Positions 11,791 to 23,201 of a stretch of 64,000 nt of DNA are shown here, one piece after another. Under the pieces are notes generated by a model. That model was not told the DNA's origin, ran no database searches, and saw nothing but the letters and a program-made list of their open reading frames with translations. This stretch comes from Anthoceros angustus (lineage: Eukaryota > Plantae > Anthocerotophyta). Location: the NCBI GenBank assembly GCA_010909165.1, contig MU008162.1:1612001-1676000 (forward strand), written 5' to 3'. The position numbers and the translations under genes were made by a program. How positions within the stretch are numbered: position 1 is the first letter of the stretch; each line of letters begins with the position of its first letter.

Positions 11791-12745
11791 ACTGCCAGGG
11801 CAGCTCTCCCGAATCCACTGAGCGGAGGCTGCCGGAGCGGTTACTGCGATGGCGGAGTCCAGCAAATCCCGAGGACGAAGAAATTACGGGAACGGAGATC
11901 CAGATGCCGGAAGAGCGTTTGCGTTTTTCCAGTTGAGGTACGGTGTGTATTTCACGTCTTTTGGTTTGCCGCCTCCGGTTGTAGGTCGGGCGCTTCATTC
12001 GAATCGTGAGCAGGCGGGGGAAAATTGTTACGAAACAATTGTTTTGTGAATTTTACATACAATACAGAACCTACTTCTGGCACATTTTAGGGCAGTAAGG
12101 AATCTCTGGATGCTTGTTGAGTGTGTGCTTCTCTAGGGCAAGCCCAGATGCATGTTCCTCGAGGGCCCAAAAATGGACAGTTGGTATCTGCACAAAAAAT
12201 TGAACACAGAATGGACTGTGGTGTCCATTTTGGGGTCACCAGGTGCATGGGGTGGCTGTCGGGTCACCAGGTAGGTGCATACGATGGGTGGGGATTTCTG
12301 GTGGAAATTACCAAGTGGATGTTATGCACAGAATGGACTGTCCATTTTGAGGTCACCAGGTGCATGGGGTGGGTGGGGATTTCTGGTGGAAATTACGAAA
12401 TCACAGAATGGACGGTTAGGGAAGGCAACAGCTGGTGGGTGGAAGAAGGCTTGCGGTGGGTCTCCTACTTCCAACAAGAAGGGAAGGCGGGCGGGGGCCC
12501 TGCCTATCTTGGTCTTTACAGCCCCCTCCGCCCTTGCCTTGCCTTCCACTCTCCACCACGCTCCCTGCCTGCTCTCCTGCCCCCGGGCCTTCTTGCCTTT
12601 TGCTTAATTTCAGGTTTGTGAGCCTCATTCGCATGTCTGCAATATCTAATGCCAGCTGCACATGTGCCCCTGGCTGCTTCCGAGGAATTGTGGTGGTAAA
12701 GAGCTGCCTGTGAATCGTGACTTGCAGGGCTGCCCCTAATTCTGC

Positions 12746-13451
12746 ATGGCCTCTGCCGTAGCTTCGCCTGTGTTCAAGATGGTTGCCATCACAGGCCCCG
12801 TGTGCTCTCAGCAAGGGGTGAGAATCGATTCACTTGTGCAGCAAGTTCAGTGACTCCTTCTTGTATGTCTGCATCTTCTAATGTGAAAAACTCATCTCAC
12901 TTTGAGCGTATGTGGTCATGGCACAGTCTGTTGCGAGGTGTGAAGGATTGAAGCTCTTCCCCTCGCAGAAGAGAAAGATTGTCTCGTCTGTCCGCCACTC
13001 CCCTTCGCGGGGGAGGCTCCACATCTCTTGCGCTGTAAGGAAGCTTCTTTACGCTTTAGTGGAGTAACATGGGAAGATGTGGAAGCCTGTTCTGTGAAGA
13101 TTAACGTCGTATGTACTTCTTTCAGAAAGCCGACTCTGCCACCGTGGAGACTGTGAAGAATGTCATCTGCAAGCAGCTGGCCATGGAACTCAAAGACGTG
13201 CTTCCAGACTCCAAGTTTGCTGACCTTGGCGCCGACTCATTGGACACAGTGAGTAGATGCTTTCCTTGTGTAAGAGCATGATAACTTGTTTGGTGGGCAG
13301 TTCTCACGAATTGAACCTCTTGCAGGTGGAGATCATGATGGCGTTGGAGGAGCAATTCGAGATAAGTTTGTCTCAGGATGGAGCCGAGAAGATAACAACA
13401 GTCCAGGATGCTGCTGACTTGATTCACGAGATTAAGACGTCCAGCACATAG
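12746..13451 (+). CDS. ACP: Plastid acyl carrier protein (ACP-A), 4 exons
   Basis: Transit peptide [11 protein letters not shown]...RLHISCA, then [19 protein letters not shown]...[11 protein letters not shown]|[13 protein letters not shown]...[11 protein letters not shown] with the DSL phosphopantetheine motif. Confidence 0.92.
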
Positions 13452-14014
13452 AACACAAAAATTAAGCAGCCCTGTGCATCAGAACATGCTTTGTTCCATA
13501 TTGGAACCTCCCCAACTATGACCTTCAGTTGGGGAGCTTTCTGTGAGTGAATGTGAGTTTCGCACTTGCTTGTAGCACAAAAGCAACTACTATAACTCTT
13601 AACCCTTACAGACCTGTCCACTTGCATTAGAAATAGTGTCGCGTAGAACTGTATACAACACATAAAAGTAAACAAACGACCGAATATTATCAGCACGTTG
13701 TTTTGAACGGAAAGTCCCAGTAGGTCATAGATTGAACACACAAACATTTTGATCACGTGATCACCAGAAAGTCTTAATACGGAATTGAGAAGTCCCGAAA
13801 GGGATACTTCAGAACCAAAAATTACTTCTGAAAGCCAGTGAATATAATCTGGAATCTGCTACACTGCAAAACCACTTTGAATCCCTTCCCCACAGGCGTC
13901 GGGCCCGGGGCGCTAGGGACGATAAGGTCCACTCTGGTGCCGCAGCACCTCCCCTGCTTAGCCAAATCTTATTCGCTAACAACGATTCCTAAAGGGTGCA
14001 GCTGCTTGCTCTAT

Positions 14015-14804
14015 TCAAGCCTGGGGCTTCTCGATATAGTCATGAATCAGATCAGCAGCATCCTGAACAGTCAGAATCTTTTCATTTCCGTCCTGATTCA
14101 AAGTGATGGCAAATTGCTCTTCGAGGGCCATGATGATCTCGACCTGCCGCAGTGAACCACAAATAAACATCAGGCCAACACAACAGAAAAATGAGCAAGT
14201 AGCTTGCATGAGAAAAGGAAGTAGCAAGTAGCAAAATGCAGATCTGGCAAGGAATGCAACATAGCCACTAACCGTGTCCAAAGAGTCGGCACCGAGGTCC
14301 GCGAAGTTGGAGTGCGCGTGCACATCCTTGACTTCCATTGCCAGCTGCTTGCAAATGACCTCTTTCACCTTCTCAACTGTCTTATCGTCTGCTTTCTGCA
14401 TGCGTTCTCCAACTTACTAGGTTACGCAGAACCACAAAACGGAAGGCAAATCAAAACCGACGACACACTCCACTCCACTCCACTTCGCAGCTTCCTCCAA
14501 AGGAAAATCTGACGCTATAAGGTCTCGCTTACCCCGCAAGAGATGCGCAGCCGCGGGTACGAAGTAGGACGGGCAGCCACGGCCACATATCTTCTTTGCA
14601 CCGGGACGGCCTTCAGTCCCTCAAACCTGGCCACAGGCTGAAATCACGCAAGCTCAGATTTAGCGCCAAACCACGGCCACGCCCTCGCATTCCCGCGCAG
14701 GCCAGGGACAAAATTTGCGGCCACATCATACTGACCACTTGCTGCCTGGCAGCGGGCAGAGCTGTGGCGGAAACCTTCCCCATCGATGCAGCCACGGAAG
14801 CCAT
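14015..14804 (-). CDS. ACP: Plastid acyl carrier protein (ACP-B), 4 exons
   Basis: MASVAASMGK...RLRISCG|KADDKTVEKVKEVICKQLA...[11 protein letters not shown]|VEIIMALEEQF...[20 protein letters not shown], with the same intron layout as ACP-A. Confidence 0.92.
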
Positions 14805-15429
14805 GTCGTTCACGGAGCCTAGCAGCGAGCTGCCTGCACCACATCAAGCGTCCCGAACCTCAAAATCCAACTTGCATGCGATGGAAAACACACACTCCGG
14901 CAGCTCAAACCTCAAGCCGCCAGCATGCCAGCCTCAAACAAGACATCAAGCCCGCATGCAACAGCGACTCCATTCCCGGCTCGCATTGCCCTTCCCGGAG
15001 CTCTACGCACCTGTACGTACTGCGGACGGCGCAGGCAAGCAGGCGAGAAGCAGAGGCGACAGAGAGCGGATGAGCACGGCGAGCAGCAGGTAGGGGTAAA
15101 AGAGCCGGAGCTCAGGCTCGGAACAGCTTTGGGTCCGTCGCCGTCAGCCTTGGGAGGCTCGCCGACAGGGATGGCATCCCTGCTTCTAACCGCGGGTTTA
15201 TTAAGCCGCCCGGGACTCACTCCGGTTAAGCCGGTGTGTTTCCTCTTCAGACACCTGGGCCTTTGTACAACGCAGAAATTTCACACTCCAAAAAAGTTCA
15301 TGCACTTGAATAGAATAAAGAATGCCTACAATTTTACACGTGAGATTGGAATCTCTAGGTGTTTGGTTCCCGAGCAAAGGGAGATAGGCACAGAACCTAT
15401 CGATATTGTACAAAAGCCCAAAATGGGGA

Positions 15430-15495
15430 CATGGATGTTGGATAATGGATGTTGGATGATGGATGTTGGATGGAGGATGTTGGATGATGGATGAT
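15430..15495. repeat. Degenerate GGAT(G/A)NT-type microsatellite
   Basis: ggataatggatgttggatgatggatgttggatggaggatgttggatgatggatga. Confidence 0.7.
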
Positions 15496-15685
15496 TCCAA
15501 TTTCCATTGCCAGCTGCATGCATCCAGCTTCTTCATTCGTGTTGCGTCTCAGCAGACGGTTGCTCAGATGTTACACTTGGTCGATGGGGCTGCACAGTGG
15601 CAACCTGTCAGTTACGATGAAGTAAGGCTTACCGGCAGAGAATGAGTGAAGAGGGAAGGGAAGTCAAGGAAGAATTCAAGGTGAA

Positions 15686-17420
15686 CTACCTTGGGAGGAG
15701 AGGTTGCTTCAAGTCACAGTCCACATAACATGGCTCTTCCAACGGCGGGACAACGCATGACAGATCTTGTTTCTTTCTTGTCAATGACTGAGCCTTGCCC
15801 CAGGTGACTACGTAGAGCCCAAGCAGAACGAGTGTGGCTCCCAGGACACTGATATAAATCGGTGGACTGATCGGTCAGATAAGAGAACAGAGGAATATGT
15901 TCACAAGGATACCGAACTTGAAAGGTAGGAGATCGCCATACCTGCCCAAGTAGATGACATCTCCCAGAAAGAGTAGGGCAACGATGGCTGATACCACGGG
16001 CTGCAATGGAATGTATGCGCCCACCAGGAACGGGCCACATCGTTGGAGACACCAGGTGCTTATAGCGAAGTTGAAAGCTGACGCCATCGATCCCTGCATG
16101 GAAGCAATAGTTTGTTGATAAGACTCGTGCATGGTGTCTAAAGGCTCGTTTGCAGTAGGTAGAACCGTGGTTGAGTCGCATGTGCAGCTTACCGCATAGG
16201 CAACGGAGAAGATGTCAAAGGGACAGGTTAAGACCCAGGCAGAGGGGTCCTGGACCGTAACAGCTCCATTGGCACCCAGGAGAGCTGTGCCAAAAAACAT
16301 GGACAGGGCAGTTGCAGACAGAGGTGCGGGGTACCTTGCGAGAATTGGAGCCTGCAATAAGCAAGAAGCATGTGAGATTGCAACCCTTGCTAGGAGCAGA
16401 AGCACATGTTGGGTGCTGGTGCTTTCCATACCTGAATATTCACAAATATCCCCATGAAGAGAGCGTATAGTACAAGGCTGGCAGATCCAAATTGCCAAGC
16501 TGTAATCCCGTATTTTGTTAGTGTGGAGGCAAGGAATCCTGGCGTGTGAATTCTCAGTTTGTCTGCTGACGCATTAAGCATAGCAGGTGACTCGTATCCC
16601 AGCACAATTGGCCCCTTGTACACAGTCATGAGAATAGCACCACCCAAAGAGAAGATAACACCCAAGATTTTGGCTTGCCCATCCTTTCTCCTGAGGTTGA
16701 CTTCTTCAGTTCTGACAATCATCGGAAAGGCCAGTGTGAGCTCAACGTTAAACTGTGCAGTTGAGGCTAGGTGGACTCATTCCAGCCAGCTCCTCACCTG
16801 AAGACGACGGCTATAAGGAAGGTGAAAATGGGGATTGCAATCTGCAAAGATGCAGCATATCCTGACGATGTGAGGGCCAGTCCAGTCATAAACAGGACCT
16901 GATTTGCATACACTCTGCATCCATCCACACGAAGTCCCACCATTCAGCAAGCTGAAAATACAAAATTCCTGCTCTTGATATGACATCAATTGCAAACGGA
17001 GACCAGCGAAAAGGAAGGAGATTGACACCACTAGAAACGCACCCTGTAAACCCAGCAAAGCACAGGAGCAGGAAGAGAGAGCCAGTGAAGCGAGTCCTCT
17101 TCTCTCTGTAACAATCACAAGCACATGATTCCCACCAACACTATCAGCCTGCTGCCACAACCACCTGGACATCAAAGAATGGAAAGAGCAAGGATTGATT
17201 GACATGGCCACGGAATTTACTTTTCCAAAAAGTATCCGAATGCAGCGACCAGAATCACTCCAATCGAGCTCCGATACACAGCAAACACAACCTGGTTCAC
17301 CCCATTGCTCAAGGCTGCTTTGGTGAGCACATTAAAACCTGCTGAGCTGAGCTGAGTGAGAATGAGAGCTGCATGGACAACCCAGATGGCCCCGTCCATC
17401 TGCTTCTGGCAGGCTGCCAT
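15686..17420 (-). CDS. UMAMIT/WAT1-related (MtN21/EamA) transporter, multi-exon
   Basis: HAALILTQLSSAGFNVLTKAALSNGVNQVVFAVYR, GQAKILGVIFSLGGAILMTVYKGP, ARYPAPLS, CGPFLVGAYIPLQPV, VLLGLYVVTWGK...KQPLLPR*. Confidence 0.9.
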
Positions 17421-18996
17421 TTCCTCCACACACGACAGGAGGAGCAGACATACAAGACGAAATTGAGCTCCGATTGAAACATTCCAGCCATGGCTTATAT
17501 ACTACCCAGCAGGAGCTGCAAGCCTGCATTGCTTGCACTGCTTGCACGCCTGTGTGCGCCAAATGGACTGGCACAGATGCAACTGGATGGCGTGAACTCC
17601 GTCTCGGTAGCTCAAGCCAGGCACTATTTACAGCGATCTGTGTCGCCCTTGTGCTACTGGGCACACTAAACTTGGCAACCAGACACCTGAGGAGTCGCCA
17701 TCCGTGCTGCGCACTCATTTCCCGCCCTGTCAGAAGCGCCTGCCGGAACTCTCCTGCCGTCACAACGCTGCCAGATTCCAGCCCTATGCTGCTGCTTTTA
17801 TCCGGTTTGAGATAGCCACAGGTTTCGAACTTTGCTGCACCATGCTGCGTGCTTCTTCAAGTGGGTCCATGCAACACCACGTTGGAGCAAGACTGCAAGA
17901 GGAGACGAGGCTCACACGGACCAGGCTCAGCAAAACCAGGCTCCAATCTCTGGCCCACATTGCTCTAAATGGGCTGCGGTCAAACTTTGTGAAAGCTCCC
18001 TTACCTGTCTGCTGAAGGGGGGGCCGTTTCACCCCAAAGCGACCAATGCCTGCAGCCCTTGCTGTCAGGCTTTCACTGCTCCAAACTGGGTAGTTGGGAA
18101 CCCGTTTTGAATCTCCCCAGCTTGCGTCTAGAACCTGCCTCTCCTTCACGTGGCCACGGTCACCTGAGAATTTGGATTTTCGAAATGGCGCTCCGAGATG
18201 ACACACCAGCAGATTCCTTTGCCCGTGTACGATACATACATACATGCATGTGCATATGCAATTACATGGGCTTGTTGTGAGCTTTGTAGCCTTTGCCAGT
18301 ACGGCAAGTCTCTGAGAGAGCATCAGAGTGCATCACGCTCCAATAGAACATGCACACCAGTGATGGAGGATCATGCATGTTCGACCTTGCACTGCTTTGC
18401 ATGCTTTGACTGCAGAATGTAAAGAACCGTGAGGACGCGTCCTGCCATGACCCTGTGTGTGTATGATGCACGAGCCAAGACTGGCTGGGGCAGAAGCCTG
18501 AAACGATCTGCATACTTCTCGGAAATTGTGTCTATTTATATGTTTTCCTCCATGAGATGAGTTACAGCGCACCTGAAGACAGGAGCCAAGTTGCCAGCGT
18601 TCTCTTTACATGCTCTGTGGTAGAACTTCGAGGGCACAGCAAGATTCAAGAGCCTGCTGCTGGTGCACAGTAAGCTCTGCAGATTGCTAAGAGTTTGTTG
18701 GATGCCTTATAAACCCATACAGATTTTGCCAACCCGGCAAGGGCAAGATTCTGAATCAGAGGAAGAAAGCCCACAAATCTCTTGTGCATGTGCTACGGTT
18801 CTGCGGTTATCTGCCATAGAGTGGTCGCAGTTTATGCCGTAGTGTAGGTTGGAGGGGGGGGCAGGGGAGTATCTACACCTTCCCAGTGGGATGCGCACTG
18901 TAGAAGAAAGAAGCAGTGTGGAGAGCTCAGTCAGAGCATCTGAGGTGAGCCCGTAACTGCAAAGTACATACCTTGGTCTTCGTGAAGAGATTCTGC

Positions 18997-20786
18997 CTAT
19001 CCGTTCCTGATCAACAGGGGCTCGTTGATTTGAGAATCCAGGGACCCGGATGACGGGCTCTCAGCTGGGAGAAGATTCCTCTGCTTCGCTTCCCCCTTGG
19101 ATTGCACCTTGCCCCATGTGATGAGGTAGAGCCCCATCACCACAGCTATGGCCCCTAGCAAACTGCAATGCTCACCATGTTGCCGTCAGTGACGAAGGAG
19201 CCACCTTGCTGCAGAAGCAGAAGGCTGAAGGGACTTCGGGGGCATGGGAACACTTGCCTGCCCAGGTAGATGACGTCGCCTATAAAGAGGAAGCCTAATA
19301 TGGCTGACACAACTGGCTGCAATGGGATGTAGGCAGCCACCAGAAACGGCCCACTTCTTTGAAACGCCCAGGAGCCCAGTGCGAAGGTGAGAGCCGATAC
19401 CATAGTTCCCTGCAGCACAGCAACTGAAAGCTGGATCAAGGAGCCTGCCTTGCAACCCTTGCAAACAGCAAGAGCAAGGAGACTTGTATCACATATCCCA
19501 CATCGCTAAGAGGTTCGGGCCGGGCAGGGCATGGCATGGCAGCACTCACCGCATAGGCGATGGCGACAATGTCAAGAATGCTGGTCAGCACCCAGGCGGA
19601 GGAGTCCTTGATTGTAAACGCCCCGCCGACAAGCAGGCACAAGGTTCCAAACAACAAGGTGAGAGCTGTTTCAGAAAAAGGTGAAGGATACCTGCGGAGA
19701 ATGGGAGCCTGTAAACATCACAGCAAGCATACATGAGGAGTTTTGCACACAAATCACACACACACACACCACAAAATCGCCGAACCAAAAGGACAGGCAC
19801 CTATTCTGCCCACCTGCAGATTAGCGAATACGCCCATACAGAAAGTGTTTGCCACGAGGCATGCCGACCCGACTTGCCAAGCCGTGAACCCATACTTGAG
19901 CGAAGCAGCAGCAACAAAAGCTGGTGTGTGGAGAGCCAGTTTGTCCGCTGACCCATGCACTACTGACGATTCAGACCCCAGAATTATCGGCCCCTGGTAG
20001 AACGTCATGAGCAAAGCACCAGACAGAGAGAAGCAAACTCCCAGCAGCTTCACCTGCCCATGGCGCCTGGCAAGATTGATGTCCTCAATTCTGCGTAGCC
20101 ATCACAACCAGGCCCAGGGATACAAAACCCATCAGCACAAACTCCAGAAATCAGCTACTCCACTCCACCACTCCAGTACCTGAACATGTACGCTATGAGG
20201 AAGGTGAAAATGGGAGTCGCAGTCTGCATTGCTGCAGCATACGCCGCAGACGTGAGAGCGATTCCGGTATAAAACAACACCTGGTTTCCAAAAATCCTGC
20301 AACCAAGAAACAACCCTGAGGTCAAACCGAGGACTCCACAACCAATCCAAACCAACCCACAACCCAAGAACGTCTCTTCCCCCTTCACTTACCCGACGAG
20401 CCCCGCCAGAAAGATGAGAACCGTAACGTACCCCGTCAGAGGAGCCGTCCTCCTGCAGCATCGACAGGACGACGAGCATCAAATCAGAAACACACATCCA
20501 CCATACACCCATACACACATCTGACCCGGAATAATTCAAGCACTTCCTTGCCAGCACAAACTGGAGCCTGCAATCCTTCCTCCACGTACTTCTCCAGGAA
20601 GTAAGCAGCCACGGCAAGCAGCACCGTCCCCAGCGCATTCCGGTACACCGCGAACACGAACGGGTCGATTCCATTGCTCAGCGATGCTTTGGTGAGCACG
20701 TAGTAGCCCGAGACGCCCAGCTGGCTCCCCAGCAGGGCGACATGGACCTTCCACATAGCCCCCTCCTTCTGCCAGGATCCCGCCAT
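18997..20786 (-). CDS. Second UMAMIT/WAT1-related transporter (tandem paralogue)
   Basis: MWKVHVALLGSQLGVSGYYVLTKASLSNGIDPFVFAVYRN, KLLGVCFSLSGALLMTFYQGP, SGPFLVAAYIPLQPV, VMGLYLITWGK...NEPLLIRNG*. Confidence 0.9.
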
Positions 20787-21539
20787 GCCTCCTGTCTCCT
20801 TCCTTCCACCGCCGGCTCCCGTCCTGCTGCCACCCACACAGCGCAAGCCGGCAAGCAGAGTCCTTGAGACGTCCATGGCAAGATTCACGACTCACGATTC
20901 ATTCACGACCCACGAGAAGCAATGCGAGCGCGAAATCAATGGATTCATACAGCCTCTGCTAGTCACGGCATCTCGGCAATCCCGCCCTGCTCCTCCTTCC
21001 TTCTCCTGCTCTGGCTGGATCTGCAGGTGCCGGAGTACCGCAGTGTAGAGAACTGGAAACGCAGTGTAGAGAACTGGAGGCGCATAAGGGAAGTCTCCGA
21101 GTCTCCTGTACCGAACCGGCGAACTGTGTACACCAGTGGACCCGTTCTCCGCGACGGGAGCCACGCGCCCGTGCGTGTTTCGCCGAGGTCTCGGTCTTCT
21201 TCCTGTCCTGCAGGACTTTGCCCATTTTGCGCATCTAAAAAGCAACCAGGAAATATAGGTGCCCATTATGATGACGGACTACATACCAAACCATCGCCGC
21301 TCCCGTGCGCTCAACCGTGCGATAAGCCCTAATCCAGACCGTGCGTCGTGCGGTGCGATAAACCCTAATTTAGAGTGTACGCACCCTCATAAGATGGGTC
21401 TTCGGGGTTTGCACGACCCAATCTTTTAGCGTTTCTTTAAAGCTCTTCAGCCTCGGCCTCAAAGTCAAGATTTTGAAGTGCAAGTTTGGTCCCCGTCCGG
21501 TATTATGTCCTCTCTTCATTATCTGGGGGATATTATGGA

Positions 21540-22250
21540 TCTTTGGAGTCTCGGTCAGGGCTTTCGGATTTTATATGGGAATTTGTGGATGCTGCTTTGA
21601 TGGGAGTTTGTGGATGCTGCTTTGAAAGACGATCTTGCGCATATCGACGACCTCTCTAGGTTGGGCGACCCACATGTGGCCTTCGGCATCCTCTCTTCCG
21701 GCTTCGCGCACCGTCCTAGGTACCTCATTCGCACTGTGCCCCTCTGTAGTTTTTCTTTCTCAACTTGGAGATTTCGACGAGCAGGTTTTGCTAGGAGACA
21801 TTATCGGCCTAGGTTCCTCGGAATGTGTGGACGGGGACCTGCCGCCACGACGGGCGTCCCTCCCTGTCGCTTTTAGGGGTGCATGTCTTTTGGCCATGGA
21901 GGCCTCGGCGCCAGCAGCGACACTTGGAGGTACGTGGTTGTTATTGACCCAACCAGAGATTCTGTTAGCAACCATATCATCATCAACCCTCTAGGTTGAG
22001 CGACGGAAGGGGGCCCGGGTAAGGTTTTTCCTCGTTTCGTCACGGAGTGCGCAAGGGCCTACCCAATGATAGGGGCAGGGGCGGCCTCCCCCTTTCCTGT
22101 GCCATGGCATATTTCAGGCAATGGGGTTGCATCGCCCTGCAAAGGGTGTTGGCCAGTGCCATCTTTAGGACGATCACGAGTGCTAGAGACGCGGCATCGG
22201 TGTCACTAGTGGTAAGTAGACCCTTCTCTATCTCGAACGACGACATCTTG
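21540..22250 (+). mobile_element. Decayed, internally deleted non-LTR retrotransposon fragment of RLE (CRE/R2-like) type
   Basis: Frameshifted peptides LSRLGDPHVAFGILSSGFAHRPRYLIRTVP and RRASLPVAFRGACLLAMEASAPAATLG (post-RT thumb-like), and C-terminal AYFRQWGCIALQRVLASAI (the end motif remembered from RLE-encoding elements). Confidence 0.6.
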
Positions 22251-23201
22251 GGGGCGGTTGGGGGTTATAGGGTAGATTAGTGCGGAGGAGCTAAGCTACA
22301 AGTCATCTTCCAAGTCAACCACAAAGTTCTCTGAACGTTGCTTCTGAAGAAATGCCCCTTATCTGGATCACCACATCATCATGAAGAATTTCCATAAATT
22401 TTATCAGTAATAATTAATAATTATATATATTCAATATATATATATTTTAAATATAGATATTTTTGCCTAATCTACATTCCATCATTGCATCGTTAATCAA
22501 CAAGAATGCTGAAGGTAACATTCAAGCTCTTAGCACAATCACACTAAGGTATGAAATATATGTTGGCAGCAGAGCCGGGGAATTCGTGGAGCAGCTCGGG
22601 AGCGAGGTTGCGGTCACCTTTGGGGATCTTGGGCGGAGCATGGCGGCATGCGTCGGCACACCAGATCGTATGCCATGGAATCCCGTTTGGAACATCCAAG
22701 TGGTCCACCAGGTCATCCAAGTCTGCTCAACCTTAGCCGGCATCCTGCCAACACCAACCAGAACATAGGGTGAAAGAGGGCATCAGATTTGCTTTTGCGG
22801 TGTGCTAGCGGGAAACGTAGATGTGGGTAGCTACAGAGTCGTAGGTGTAGCAGCCGATGTCGCATGGCCAGTGGGTGCTACCTGACTTCGAACTTGTTGT
22901 TCCCCAGAGGTGCGTTGGTGCTCACAAATCACATGATCATCACATTTGTGCACAGATGATCATCAGACAGTTGTATGGCCTGCTCACCTATGGAAGACGA
23001 CATAAAGCATGTGGTTTGGCAGCCACGGTGAACACATCCATCGCGCTGTCTGCTTCTATGTAATTGGCCATGCAGGCCACTGGGCCGGAGCACGATCCTG
23101 AGACGAAGCCCAGCCTCATCGGATTCTGGAATCCTGGATGGCAGTTTGGGCTCTGTTCGCCAGCTGCTGGGAAACGCCACTAGTACTGGCTCGATATCAA
23201 G

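Noticed and set aside
17480-18700. Possible gene between the two UMAMITs
   Set aside because: Several 70-180 aa ORFs on both strands and one good donor site, but no recognisable motif or consistent exon chain.
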